Shown here: positions 21,798 to 31,657 of the stretch, one piece after another
Numbering within the stretch: the first letter of the stretch is position 1
Layout: each line of letters starts with the position of its first letter
Assembly (NCBI GenBank): GCA_036229005.1
Contig: JAZAMN010000008.1
Location: forward strand, 96,001-160,000
Length of the DNA: 64,000 bases
Direction of reading: 5' to 3'
From: Myxococcota bacterium
GTDB taxonomy: Bacteria > Myxococcota_A > UBA796 > CAJQPC01
Position numbers and translations under genes: made by a program
Notes under the pieces: generated by a model
The model's database searches: none
What the model was told of the DNA's origin: nothing
The model's input: only the letters and a program-made list of their open reading frames with translations

Positions 21798-23765
21798 ATG
21801 CTGCTGCTGCTCGCCTTGGCCTGCGCCAAGGACACCCCCGCTGACGACACCGGCCGCGACTGGTCCTGCCAGCTCGACGCCAGCGCGGAGCACGACTACG
21901 CGCCGGAGCTGGGCTGCCTGGAGGACTTCGAGCTGCTCGCCGCGGCGCCTCTGGATGCGTCCATTCCGGGGGCCCGGTCCGCCAAGACGGTGGTGGACCG
22001 CGCAGACGATGGGACGCTCTACTTCCAGAACTCGGCGCTCTACCCCATCCACTGGGACTTCACGTCGGCCCACCTGAGCGGGAACGGGCTGCCCCTGGTG
22101 CCGGAGCTGGGGACCTTCAACGCGACGGAGTACACCTCGCCGGACCGGCGCTTTGTGCTGGGGGCCATCACCTTCTACGAGGGGCCGGGGGTGTGGGCCT
22201 ACGAGATCGCGCCCTACGACACGGCCACGCCGGAGATGGTGGAGCTGGCCTTTGACAGCATCCGCAAGCACGCCTGGATGGGGAGCGCGCTGCACTTCCA
22301 CCCGGGCTCCGAGGCGGTCGAGGCCGTGGCCGCCCAGCTCCCGGACGACATCCCCATCGTCAGCACCCAGGAGCTGTTCGCGGGCATCGACTACCAGCCC
22401 CTGAACCTGGGGGAGACCGTCGCCCTGCTGGCCTTCTACACCGCGGACGAGGTCGACGGCACCTACGTCAACCCCCGCGAGCTGGTGGTCCTGGACAGCG
22501 TGCCCAACGACATCTCGGTGGTCTCGGGCATCATCACGGGCACCTTCCAGACGCCGCTCTCGCACATCAACGTGCTCTCCCAGAACCGCGGGACGCCCAA
22601 CATGGGCCTGCGCGATGCTTACGACAACGCGGAGCTGCGCGCGCTCGAGGGCAAGTGGGTGCACCTGACGGTCGAGGCCAACGGCTGGTCCGTCCAGGAG
22701 GTCAGCGCCGAGGAGGCCGACGCCTGGTGGGAGGAGAACCGCCCCGAGCCGCTGGAGATCGGGGAGATGGACACGTCCATCACCGCGCTCACCGACACCC
22801 AGGACATCCTGGACCTGGAGACCTACAGCCTGGCCGATGCGCTCTCCCTGATGGTCCCCGCCTTTGGGGGAAAGGCCGCGCACTACTCCGGCCTCTCGCA
22901 GATGGAGGACTTCCCGGCGCCCCCCGCGTTCGCCGTCCCCATCGCCCACTACGACAAGCACCTGCGGGACAACGGCATCTGGGATCTGGTCGCCGAGACC
23001 CTGGCCGACCCCACCTTCCAGGACGACCCGACCACGCGTCAGGCCAGCCTGGAGCTCATTCAGCAGGCGATCCTGGACGCGCCCGTCGACCCCCAGCTCC
23101 TCGCCGACGTCGAGGCCAAGATCGTGGACGGCCCCTACGGCACCACGCGCATGCGCTTCCGCTCGTCCACCAACGCGGAAGACCTGGGCGCCTTCACCGG
23201 GGCCGGGCTCTACACCTCCAAGACCGGCGACCCCCTGGACGAGGACAAGCCCGTCGCCGACGCCATGCGCACCGTCTGGGCCAGCGTCTGGAGCCTGCGC
23301 GCCTTCGAGGAGCGCGAGTACTGGGGCATCGACCACACCCGCGTCGGCATGGCCCTGCTCTGCCACCGCAGCTTCCCGGACGAGGAGGCCAACGGCGTCG
23401 CCATCACCGCCAACCTCTTCGACCCCAGCGGCCTGGAGCCGGCGTTCTACGTGAACGTCCAGTACGGCGGCGAGTCCGTCGTGCAGCCCCGCCCGGGCGT
23501 GATCTCCGACCAGTACCTGCACTACTTCGACCTGCCCAACCAGCCGGTGGTCTACCTGGCGCACTCCAACCTCATCCCCTCCGACCAGACCGTGCTCACG
23601 GACCGGGAGATCTACGACCTGGGGGTCGCGCTCAAGGCCGTGCACCAGTTCTTCGCGCCGGCCTACGGCGACTCCGCGTTCTACGCGATGGACACGGAGT
23701 TCAAGTTCGACGAGGGCCAGCTCTACCTCAAGCAGGCCCGGCCCTACCCCGGCCGGGGCGAGTGA
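21798..23765 (+). CDS. Lipoprotein with C-terminal PEP/pyruvate-binding (PPDK_N-like ATP-grasp) domain
   Basis: MLLLLALAC; SHINVLS; FGGKAAHY, RFRSSTNAEDL, FTGAGLYTS, VWASVW, DTEFK, KQARPY. Confidence 0.85.
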   Translation: MLLLLALACAKDTPADDTGRDWSCQLDASAEHDYAPELGCLEDFELLAAAPLDASIPGARSAKTVVDRADDGTLYFQNSALYPIHWDFTSAHLSGNGLPLVPELGTFNATEYTSPDRRFVLGAITFYEGPGVWAYEIAPYDTATPEMVELAFDSIRKHAWMGSALHFHPGSEAVEAVAAQLPDDIPIVSTQELFAGIDYQPLNLGETVALLAFYTADEVDGTYVNPRELVVLDSVPNDISVVSGIITGTFQTPLSHINVLSQNRGTPNMGLRDAYDNAELRALEGKWVHLTVEANGWSVQEVSAEEADAWWEENRPEPLEIGEMDTSITALTDTQDILDLETYSLADALSLMVPAFGGKAAHYSGLSQMEDFPAPPAFAVPIAHYDKHLRDNGIWDLVAETLADPTFQDDPTTRQASLELIQQAILDAPVDPQLLADVEAKIVDGPYGTTRMRFRSSTNAEDLGAFTGAGLYTSKTGDPLDEDKPVADAMRTVWASVWSLRAFEEREYWGIDHTRVGMALLCHRSFPDEEANGVAITANLFDPSGLEPAFYVNVQYGGESVVQPRPGVISDQYLHYFDLPNQPVVYLAHSNLIPSDQTVLTDREIYDLGVALKAVHQFFAPAYGDSAFYAMDTEFKFDEGQLYLKQARPYPGRGE

Positions 23766-23797
23766 GTCCGGCGCGCTTTCTGTAGAGTGGGGCGAAG

Positions 23798-24604
23798 TTG
23801 ACCTCAGTCCTTGCCAATGACGACCCCACCGCGCTGCCTCTGGGCGCCGAGGACTGGGTCAGGGACTTTGAGCGCGCCAGCGAGGAGCTGCTGGCCGCCC
23901 GCCTGCTCACGCGCCGCATAGACTACAAGTACCTGATCTCCTTGGGAGATCTGCCGGGGCTGCTGGCGTCGCTGCGGGGGGAGCACGCGGTGCTGTCCAG
24001 CGGCCGGGCCTGGGCGGGCTATCGCACGCGCTACTACGACACGGACGGGCTGCGCAGCTTCCACGACCACCGGCGCGGGGTGCCCCGCCGCTTCAAGCTG
24101 CGCCACCGGGACTACCTGGACCGCCAGGTGCGCTTCTTCGAGGTCAAGCACAACACGAACCGGGGCGGCACCCGAAAAGTGCGGCTGGAGCGGCCGTTCA
24201 CGGACGGGTTTCCTCGCTTGGGCCCGGAGTGCTTCGAGCTGCTGCGCGCCGAGCTGCCCGGCGGTGTGGACCCGCTGTGCGCAACGGTAGACAACCACTT
24301 CTTCCGCCTGAGCCTGCTGGGGATCCGGGCCGTCGAGCGGGTGACGGTGGACATCGGGATGCGCCTTTGGGCGCGGGGGATGGAGGCCCGCCTGCCGGCG
24401 CTGGCCATCGTCGAGGTGAAGACCGCCGCGCCGCGTCACCTGAGCCCCACGCTGAACGCCCTGACCCGCGCCGGGATGCGCCCGGGGGGCATGTCCAAGT
24501 ATTGTGCCGCCTTGGCCCTGCTCAGTGAGCAGCCCGCCTGGTTCCCCAAGCTGCGCCGGCGCATCGCCGCCTTGAGCCCCCTGGAGGTGCGCCCTGCACG
24601 TTGA
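23798..24604 (+). CDS. VTC (polyphosphate polymerase) domain protein
   Basis: RIDYKY, YYDT, RFKLRHRDY, FFEVK, ERVTVD, IVEVK, SKYC. Confidence 0.88.
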   Translation: MTSVLANDDPTALPLGAEDWVRDFERASEELLAARLLTRRIDYKYLISLGDLPGLLASLRGEHAVLSSGRAWAGYRTRYYDTDGLRSFHDHRRGVPRRFKLRHRDYLDRQVRFFEVKHNTNRGGTRKVRLERPFTDGFPRLGPECFELLRAELPGGVDPLCATVDNHFFRLSLLGIRAVERVTVDIGMRLWARGMEARLPALAIVEVKTAAPRHLSPTLNALTRAGMRPGGMSKYCAALALLSEQPAWFPKLRRRIAALSPLEVRPAR

Positions 24605-24620
24605 GCTGCCCCCTGGCCTG

Positions 24621-25175
24621 TTGATGCACCTGGGCCTGAACCTGCTCGCCGCGCTGGCGCTGATCCTGGGGGTCTACCGCTCCTTTCGGGACGACGGAAA
24701 GGCGGCGTTCACCTTGGCGATGCTGAACCTGGTGACCTTCTGCCTGGCGACCCTGCTGGCGCGGGTGAGCATCGATCTGGGGGTGAGCCTGGGGCTGTTC
24801 GCGATCTTCGGGATCTTGCGGTATCGGACCTCGGCCCTGGATATCGGCGACCTGACCTACGTGTTCGTGGTGATCGGGCTGGCGGTGATCAACGGCATCG
24901 CTGTCGGGGACGCGACGCTCTTTGAGCTTGCGCTGCTCAACGGACTGATCGTGCTCGCCGCGCTGGTGTTGGAGCTGCTGCGCTCCCGCTCGGTTCGCCC
25001 CACGATGCCGCTGCGCTACGACCGCCTGGACCTGCTGCCCCCGGGGCGTCGGACTGAGCTGCTGGCCGACCTGAGCGAGCGCCTGGGTGTGCGCTGCGTG
25101 GGCGTTCGCGTGGAGTCGGTGAACCTGTTGATGTCCACCGCGGAGCTGTCGGTCGAGCTGGAGGAGGGGCTGTGA
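24621..25175 (+). CDS. DUF4956 family membrane protein
   Basis: LGLFAIFGILRYRT, DLTYVF; an in-frame CTG at 24594 after GGAGG may be the true start. Confidence 0.85.
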   Translation: MMHLGLNLLAALALILGVYRSFRDDGKAAFTLAMLNLVTFCLATLLARVSIDLGVSLGLFAIFGILRYRTSALDIGDLTYVFVVIGLAVINGIAVGDATLFELALLNGLIVLAALVLELLRSRSVRPTMPLRYDRLDLLPPGRRTELLADLSERLGVRCVGVRVESVNLLMSTAELSVELEEGL

Positions 25176-25831
25176 GTCCCCTGTGGATCTGGGCCCACCT
25201 CTCGGGGGCGGCCTTGGCTGCGGAAGGCCACGAGCTTCAGATCTGGAACGAGGTGGGGGTGGAGCTGGACCTGCCCAAGCGCTGGGAGCTCCAGCTCAGC
25301 GAGTCCCTGCGCCTGGACCCCCTGGCGCCCCCCGCCGCCGATGAGCTGCTCACCGACCTGAGCCTGGGCTGGCGGCCGACCAAGAAGGCGCCCCTGGAGC
25401 TGAGCGCGGGTTTCCGCCAGGAGCTGCTGGGCGTGGGGAGCGGGGAGCTGGGAGCCGCCCAGCGGATCAACGTGGACCTGGGCTGGGAGATCGATCCGGG
25501 GCCCTTCGAGCTGGACATGCGCCTGCGCGGTCAGCAGCGGCCGCCCTGGAGCGAGGCCGAGGACTGGGCCGACCGGAACCCGACGCTACGCCTCAAGGGG
25601 GGGCTGGATCTCAAGCAGGACTGGGCGGTGGAGCCCGTGCTGGCCGTGGAGCCCTGGTGGCGCGCGGGGCAGGGCCTGCACAAGGTGCGCGTGGACGTGG
25701 GGGCCAAGGGAGATCTGGGCGACTGGGGGCTCAAGGTGCTCTACCGCTACGAGGAGCCGCTGTCCGACCCGACGGACCCTCGGCGGCACGTGGTGGCGCT
25801 GTCGGTGGAGCGTGGGGTGGAGCTGGATTGA
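25172..25831 (+). CDS. DUF2490-like outer-membrane beta-barrel protein
   Basis: Signal-like N-terminus, alternating beta strands, RLRGQQR/TLRLK; GTGA overlap with DUF4956 gene. Confidence 0.65.
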   Translation: MSPLWIWAHLSGAALAAEGHELQIWNEVGVELDLPKRWELQLSESLRLDPLAPPAADELLTDLSLGWRPTKKAPLELSAGFRQELLGVGSGELGAAQRINVDLGWEIDPGPFELDMRLRGQQRPPWSEAEDWADRNPTLRLKGGLDLKQDWAVEPVLAVEPWWRAGQGLHKVRVDVGAKGDLGDWGLKVLYRYEEPLSDPTDPRRHVVALSVERGVELD

Positions 25832-25834
25832 GGG

Positions 25835-26091
25835 GGCTACGGGGTGTGAGTGAGCGCGGGGTGGTGGCTACGGGGTCTGGGTGAGCGACTTCCTGAGGCT
25901 ACGCCTGACGGGTGAGCGATTTGGGGACCGTTTGGGCGGGATCTGGGGTCGAATGGGGGTGGAGAGCGCTGTTCTGGGGGTCTTTGGGGCCGAATCGGTG
26001 GGCCGATCGCTCACTGAGCATGGGTAGCCTCAGCGAAGCGCTCATTGAGAGGGCGTAGCCTGGGGGTTGCGCTCATTGGGGGGGCGTAGCC
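25835..26091. repeat. Inverted 31-bp-period array A
   Basis: GGCTAC-N9-GTGAGCG at 25835, 25866, 25897; inverted CGCTCA(C/T)-N9-GTAGCC at 26008, 26039, 26070. Confidence 0.8.
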
Positions 26092-26616
26092 GCGGGTGCG
26101 GTAGGTCGGCCTCCCTGAGCGCGGGCTTCGTCGCGGAGCTCGGGGGCCGCCGGGTGGGCTTTGGCACGATGGTCCCCTTCGATGAGAACCCGGGGCTGCA
26201 GCTCTTCGCCAACCAGTTCCGGAGGCTCGACGCCAAGGCCAGAGCCTGGGCTTCGATCGCCTCTTGGATGTGCAGGGGCCGCGCGCGCAGCAGGCTCTGA
26301 TGCTGCTGCCGCTCGGGACCAAGGCCGAAGCGCTCGGGCTGGGGTGGCAGCTCGCCAGGCTGCGCTGGCTGGCCGCGTTCTATGGTCGGCCGCTCTCGAC
26401 GCTGCTGGTGACGCTGCTGGTTTTGGTGGGGTACGGCATCGGCCTCGCAGGCGGTGTCACCTGGGTCTGGCTTCACCTCCTCGAGTGATCGCAACCACCC
26501 GAGGCCCGCTTGGCGACGCCCCATCGGCCGCGCGGCGTCCGCATCGTGGACCGGGTGCGGGCGTCGTCGCGGAACCTCCGCGACAACCCGCTGTCCCACC
26601 CGACAGTGAGGCCCCC

Positions 26617-27501
26617 ATGTTCCTGCTCCTGCTTGGCTGCATGCCCGAGTCCCAGTGGCTCGCCGATCCCGGGCTGATCGAGCTCACCGAGCTGCAGGCC
26701 CGGCCGCTCCCAGGTGTCGTTGGCGCGCGCTTCACACCCGATGGGGACGACCTGGACCTCAGCGGATTCTCCTTCGTCACCCATGGCGTTGTCGAGCACG
26801 ACAGCGAGCAGGCGCGCTTGGCGGTCGACATCCAGGGGCTCCGCCTGCTCCTCTGGTTCGACCTCCAGGACCTCACCCCCGGCGCCTGGGCGCCCTTCAC
26901 CCTCGAGGGTCCCGAGCACGCCGTCCACCACCCAGGCGGCGCCCCTACGTTCGACGGCAGCGGCCTCTCCGAGCTCTGGTACGTCGATGCCCAGGAGCCG
27001 CTGCTGTTCACCCACGCCTTCCCTCGGGAGGAGCCGCTGCTGACCGCACCAGACGGCGAGCTCCTCACCCTCTTGAACCCGCGGATGCTCTGCGGCTGCT
27101 CCGTCTCCTGCCGCCCAAGCGAGGACACCCTGGCCAACCCCATCGGCCCCTCTCGGGACGGCTACCGACCCGTGGAGACCGAGGACCCCGTCACCGGACT
27201 GCGATTCGAAGGCTGGGTCCGCGCCGAGGCCCTGGAGCGCCGAAGCCGGCCGACCACCACCCACGCCCGGAACAAGGTCTTCCAACCCGGGGCGCACTTG
27301 CAGGGATGGAGTCCCCTCCAGGCCCTGCTCGCGGGCAACCCCGCCATCCAGCCCGGCGAGCCCCTCTACGACGCGGAGGGAGAGCTGGCCGCCGTCGCCC
27401 TCTCGGAGCTCTACGTGGACTGGGGAGAGCCCGAAGGAGACGGTTGGATCCCCCTGCATTTTGGTGGGTCTGAGCTCACCCTCTATCTCCCGCCGGAGTA
27501 G
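26617..27501 (+). CDS. Hypothetical lipoprotein
   Basis: GAGG upstream, MFLLLLGC start, plausible codon usage. Confidence 0.6.
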   Translation: MFLLLLGCMPESQWLADPGLIELTELQARPLPGVVGARFTPDGDDLDLSGFSFVTHGVVEHDSEQARLAVDIQGLRLLLWFDLQDLTPGAWAPFTLEGPEHAVHHPGGAPTFDGSGLSELWYVDAQEPLLFTHAFPREEPLLTAPDGELLTLLNPRMLCGCSVSCRPSEDTLANPIGPSRDGYRPVETEDPVTGLRFEGWVRAEALERRSRPTTTHARNKVFQPGAHLQGWSPLQALLAGNPAIQPGEPLYDAEGELAAVALSELYVDWGEPEGDGWIPLHFGGSELTLYLPPE

Positions 27502-27505
27502 CCCC

Positions 27506-28171
27506 TCAGCCCTCAGCTCGCCGCACCATCTCCCCGATCCACGCCGGCGCATAAGGCGAGGTGCAGCCCTTGCTGACCGGGTAGTCGCGGTAGACGCCCA
27601 GGGCCTCGCCGATGGCCAGGGCGCGGGCGCGGTGCTCGGGGAGGTTGATGCCGATCTGCGCCAGGGTGTTGTTCATGGTCCACTGGACTGGCGCCGGGGC
27701 GCTGCCCATCTCGGCTTCGATGCGGTCCAGGAGCGCGTCCGTCTCCAAGCCCTCGGGGGCCTTCTGGGCGCGCTGGGCGCTCAGGTGCCAGCCGGCGCGG
27801 GCCACCCAGGGGTGGGCGCTGTCCATCCAGGTCTGCCGGCGCTGCTCGCGTTGGGGGTGCTTGCCCACCAGGTAGTTGTTCAGCCAACTGGCCACCTGCT
27901 CGCAGTCGCAGCTCTGCAGCATGGCCTCCAGCGCCTCCAGGCTGCGGTCCTTGGGGCGGACGATCAGGATGGCCAGCAGGCGGGCGTCCAGGTTGCCGGT
28001 GGCCCAGAGCTGCTCGGCCAGCTCGGGCTCGCGCTTGATCTCCTTGGCCAGCTTGCGGATCGCGCCCAGGGGCACGCCGAACTGCGCCTGGGCGCCGCCG
28101 CGGATCTTGACGTTGAGCATCTTGGGGTCCGCCAGGGACTCCAGGCGGGCGAGGGACTGGGAGAGGGTCAT
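27506..28171 (-). CDS. DNA alkylation repair protein (AlkD-like HEAT repeat)
   Basis: FGVPLGAIRKLAK, LWATGNLDAR, VQWTMN, GCTSPYAPAWI. Confidence 0.88.
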   Translation of the reverse strand: MTLSQSLARLESLADPKMLNVKIRGGAQAQFGVPLGAIRKLAKEIKREPELAEQLWATGNLDARLLAILIVRPKDRSLEALEAMLQSCDCEQVASWLNNYLVGKHPQREQRRQTWMDSAHPWVARAGWHLSAQRAQKAPEGLETDALLDRIEAEMGSAPAPVQWTMNNTLAQIGINLPEHRARALAIGEALGVYRDYPVSKGCTSPYAPAWIGEMVRRAEG

Positions 28172-28177
28172 GGGGCC

Positions 28178-29197
28178 TCAGTGCTCGTGGCGGTGGTGCA
28201 GGTCGGGGCTGTGGGCGTGGCTGTGCGCCTTGGGGGCGTGGGCGTGCTCGTGGCTGTGCCAGCCGGCCACCGGCGGGTCGTGGGTGTGGTCGTGGTGGTC
28301 GTCGTCGTGGCGGTGCCGGTGGGTGTGGGTCAGGGCGTGGTGGTGGTGGTCGTGGGCGTGCTGCTGGGCGAAGAGCAGGGCCAAGGAGCCGATGAGCACG
28401 CCGCCGGCGGCCAGGTGCTGCCAGAGGAGGGCCTCGCTGAGCAGGAGCAGGCTGGCGATGGCGCCCAGGAAGGGGGCGGTGGAGAAGGCGAGCTGGCTGC
28501 GGGTGGCGCCGAGCTGCTGGGCGCCGGTGATGTAGAGGACCAGGGACAGGCCGTAGCCGACCGCGCCGATGCCCAGGAGCAGGGCGACGGTGCTCCAGGC
28601 GGGGAGCTGCTGGGAGAAGAGCAGGCCCAGGCCCAGGTTCACGCTGCCGGCGACGGCGCCCTTGGCGAAGGTGGACTGGGCGGGGGTGAAGCGGTCGATC
28701 GTGGCGGTGAGGTTGTTGTCCAGGCCCCAGCACAGGCAGGCGGCGGCGACCAGGGCAGCGGCGGGCGCGGCGGAGAAGCCGTCCTCGGCGGCCAGGAGCA
28801 CGCCGCCGGCCAGGACGCCGGCGCAGGCGAGCCACTCCCAGCGGCCCATGTTCTCCTTGAAGAAGAGCACCGCGAGCACGGCCGTGGCGACGGTCTCCAG
28901 GTTGAGCCACAGGCTGATCGAGGCGCCGGAGCCCAGGGTCATGGCGGTCACCAGGGCGGCCGGTCCGAGCACGCCGCCAAAGAGCACGGCGCCGCCCAGG
29001 CGAGCCCACTCCTTGCGCGGGGGGCGCAGGTCCTGCTCGGGCTTGGGGCGGGCGAAGGGCAGGGCCCCCAACGCGGCGCCCAGGTAGAGCAGGCCGGCCA
29101 CGACCAGGGGCCCGGACTGGGGAAGCAGGGCCTTGGTCGCGGGCACCGTCAGCCCGAAGAGCAGGGCGGCGGCCAGGCATTGGATCAGGGGCAGCAT
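28178..29197 (-). CDS. DMT/EamA transporter with His-rich C-terminal tail
   Basis: ~10 TM segments, AGLLYLGA, LNLE, WGLDNN, GATR; HAHDHHH...PDLHHRHEH tail. Confidence 0.9.
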   Translation of the reverse strand: MLPLIQCLAAALLFGLTVPATKALLPQSGPLVVAGLLYLGAALGALPFARPKPEQDLRPPRKEWARLGGAVLFGGVLGPAALVTAMTLGSGASISLWLNLETVATAVLAVLFFKENMGRWEWLACAGVLAGGVLLAAEDGFSAAPAAALVAAACLCWGLDNNLTATIDRFTPAQSTFAKGAVAGSVNLGLGLLFSQQLPAWSTVALLLGIGAVGYGLSLVLYITGAQQLGATRSQLAFSTAPFLGAIASLLLLSEALLWQHLAAGGVLIGSLALLFAQQHAHDHHHHALTHTHRHRHDDDHHDHTHDPPVAGWHSHEHAHAPKAHSHAHSPDLHHRHEH

Positions 29198-29265
29198 GTC
29201 CTCGCCTTAGCCGATTGGTGTCAGGGTGTGTGCGCACCGGGGGGCCTGGGAGATAGGGGCGGGGC

Positions 29266-30363
29266 ATGGGAAGCACCACTGGCCGTCTCTTCACTCTGAC
29301 CACCTTCGGCGAGAGCCACGGGGGCGGCCTGGGCGCCGTGATCCAGGGCTGTCCTCCGGGCATTGCGCTGGATGTCGCCGCGATCCAACGAGACCTGGAC
29401 CGGCGCCGTCCGGGGCAGTCCAGCCTGAGCACGCAGCGCAAGGAGGCCGACCAGGTCGAGATCTTGAGCGGCGTGTTCGAGGGGCGCACCCTGGGCTCGC
29501 CGATCGGGATGGTGATTCGGAACAAGGACGCGGACCCGCGGGCGTATGCGCCCTTCAAGCACCTGTATCGACCCAGCCACGCCGACTACACCACGGACGC
29601 CCGGTACGGGCTGAGGGCTTGGGCAGGGGGAGGGAGGTCCTCGGCGCGCGAGACCGCCGCCCGTGTCGCTGGGGGTGCCGTAGCCAAGCAGGTCCTCGCC
29701 GCTCTGGGTGCCGGCGAGGTCATCGCTTGGGTCGACCGCGTCGGCGACATCCAGGCCGATGTGGACCCTCTGACGCTGACCCTGGAGCAGGTCGAGGCCA
29801 ACGCCGTGCGCTGCCCGGACCCGCAGGCCGCCGCCGCGATGGAGGCCCGCATCAAGCAGGTGCGCTCCAAGGGCGACAGCATCGGCGGGGTCGTGCGCTG
29901 CGTGGCGCGCGGGGTGCCGGCTGGGCTGGGCGACCCGGTGTTCGACAAGCTGGAGGCCGAGCTGGCCAAGGCCATGCTTTCGCTTCCGGCGGCCAAGGGC
30001 TTCGAGTCGGGGGCGGGCTTCGCCGCGGCGTCGATGCTGGGCAGCGAGCACAACGACCCCTTCGAGCCCGACGGGCAGGGCGGCGTGCGCACCCGGACCA
30101 ACCACTCCGGCGGGATCCAGGGGGGCATCTCGAACGGGATGCCCATCACGCTCTCCGTGGCCTTCAAGCCCGTGGCGACCATCTTCACGCCCCAGGACAC
30201 GGTGGACCAGGACGGCAACGCGGCAGTCATCAAGCCGCGCGGCCGCCACGACCCCTGCCCGGTGCCGCGGGCGGTGCCGATGGTGGAGGCGGGCGTGGCC
30301 TTGGTGTTGGCGGACCACCTGCTGCGCCTGCGGGGGCAGACGGGGAGGCTGGGGCCGGCGTAG
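29266..30363 (+). CDS. aroC: Chorismate synthase
   Basis: [48 protein letters not shown]. Confidence 0.99.
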   Translation: MGSTTGRLFTLTTFGESHGGGLGAVIQGCPPGIALDVAAIQRDLDRRRPGQSSLSTQRKEADQVEILSGVFEGRTLGSPIGMVIRNKDADPRAYAPFKHLYRPSHADYTTDARYGLRAWAGGGRSSARETAARVAGGAVAKQVLAALGAGEVIAWVDRVGDIQADVDPLTLTLEQVEANAVRCPDPQAAAAMEARIKQVRSKGDSIGGVVRCVARGVPAGLGDPVFDKLEAELAKAMLSLPAAKGFESGAGFAAASMLGSEHNDPFEPDGQGGVRTRTNHSGGIQGGISNGMPITLSVAFKPVATIFTPQDTVDQDGNAAVIKPRGRHDPCPVPRAVPMVEAGVALVLADHLLRLRGQTGRLGPA

Positions 30364-30605
30364 GCGGGTTCGCGCGCTCGGAGACCGGCGATGACGGGGT
30401 GGGACGCAGGCCGGCGGGAGGTTCGCGGCGACCGAAGACCGGGAACCGGCGATGACACTGGAGGTGGCGTTGATGGGGTGGTGGCAGCCTGCAGGATGGG
30501 CGGCTCGGGGAGGGCCCGCGACTGGGGCACGGAGGGCGTTGGCGGCCCGGGCCGGCGTGATGCCTGAGATCTGACCTCTGAGACCTGACTCCCGACCCCG
30601 TCACC

Positions 30606-30906
30606 GCGCAATTGGGGTCGAACGCAACAAGGCCCCGCGCAATTGGGGTCGAACGCAACAAGGCCCCGCGCAAGTGGGGTCGAACGCAACGAGCCACTGC
30701 GCAAGTGGGGTCGAACGCAACGAGCCACTGCGCAAGTGGCTCTGAACGCAACGAGCCACTGCGCAAGTGGCTCTGAACGCAACGAGCTGCCCTGAGTCCA
30801 GCGACTTCCGGGGCCCTGCTGTTGCGTTCGCCAGGACTTGCGCAGCCCGCTGTTGCGTTCGCCAGGACTTGCGCAGCCCGCTGTTGCGTTCACCCGCCCT
30901 TGCGCG
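30606..30906. repeat. Inverted 31-bp-period array B
   Basis: Six units GCGCAA(T/G)TGG...GAACGCAAC (30606-~30787), ~30-bp spacer, three inverted units GTTGCGTTC...TTGCGC. Confidence 0.9.
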
Positions 30907-30909
30907 CCC

Positions 30910-31581
30910 TCACCCCATCCAGGCCAGCCCCTCGCGCAGCGCCTCGCGTCCGCCCTGCTCGACGATCTCGCCGTGGTTCATCACCAGGCGGTCCCACTCC
31001 AGCTCGGTGAGGGCCCGGGCCGCCTGTACAAAGGCGGCGAAGTCCTCCTTCACGAACACCCACTTGAGGCTGCGCGAGGCCGACAGGCACTGGTGACAGC
31101 CCACCAGGCGCATCACCCAGGGCGTGGCCCAGCCGCGGGTCTGCCGCAGGTTGAACACCAGGTCGGTGACCACCAGGGTGCCGCTCGCGGGGTGCAGGAA
31201 CACGGTCTCGTTGAGCTTGGGGCCGCTGGGCAAGGGGATGGCCCGGAGCCCCGGCACGTCGAACCCGGCGTCCAACACCCGGTCGACCCCCAGGCCGGTC
31301 TTCTCGCGCAGGCCGGGCGCGCCCCAGAGCACGGCGTCGGGGAAGGCGGCCTTGGCGTCGGCTGCGTAGAGGTGGTGGACCAGGTTGGGCGCGACGATGT
31401 GGCCCACCTCTCCGAGCTCCGCGAGCTGCGCCCGCGCCCCTTCATCCAGCGGGACCGGGCTGTGCAGCACCAGCGAGGCGTCCGCAGCGCGGAGCACCGT
31501 CATGCGCCCCGAGAAGCAGACGCCGCCGGGCATCCAGGTGTCGTGCGGCAGCTCCCAGAGCCCCTCGTTGATGCGCTCCAT
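30910..31581 (-). CDS. DUF4336-like (metallo-beta-lactamase fold) protein
   Basis: RMTV, LHSPV, APNLVHHLY, ETVFLHPASGTLVVTDL, MNHG. Confidence 0.82.
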   Translation of the reverse strand: MERINEGLWELPHDTWMPGGVCFSGRMTVLRAADASLVLHSPVPLDEGARAQLAELGEVGHIVAPNLVHHLYAADAKAAFPDAVLWGAPGLREKTGLGVDRVLDAGFDVPGLRAIPLPSGPKLNETVFLHPASGTLVVTDLVFNLRQTRGWATPWVMRLVGCHQCLSASRSLKWVFVKEDFAAFVQAARALTELEWDRLVMNHGEIVEQGGREALREGLAWMG

Positions 31582-31593
31582 GTGGACCTCAAG

Positions 31594-31657
31594 TTGGTCA
31601 AGTAAGCCTTGCCAATTTTGGTCAGGTATACTTGACCAAAGCTGGAATGGTCAAGTG
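31594..31657. promoter_or_regulatory. Candidate MarR operator array in divergent promoter
   Basis: TTTGGTCAGGTATACTTGACCAAA (31617-31640) near-perfect palindrome; related TGGTCAAG...CTTGCCA at 31595-31614 and half-site TGGTCAAG at 31648. Confidence 0.7.

Noticed and set aside
26161..26177. TTGGCACG as a second sigma54 promoter
   Set aside because: No GC at the required -12 position.
26169..26488. Two short overlapping ORFs (26169-26300 and 26264-26488), possibly a frameshifted small membrane protein
   Set aside because: No recognisable family and weak support; cannot separate a pseudogene from chance ORFs.
28178..28360. His-rich tail of the EamA transporter as a novelty
   Set aside because: His-tailed DMT transporters are a known, widespread subfamily.
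30563..30600. Short CTGA-rich heptad-like repeats; CCTCTGAGACCTGA also occurs in the spacer of array D (62432-62445)
   Set aside because: Too short to support separately; may be part of the 31-bp array family or chance.
30606..30906. CRISPR array (also considered for the other 31-bp arrays)
   Set aside because: Units are directly adjacent with no unique spacers, arms are inverted, and there are no cas genes.
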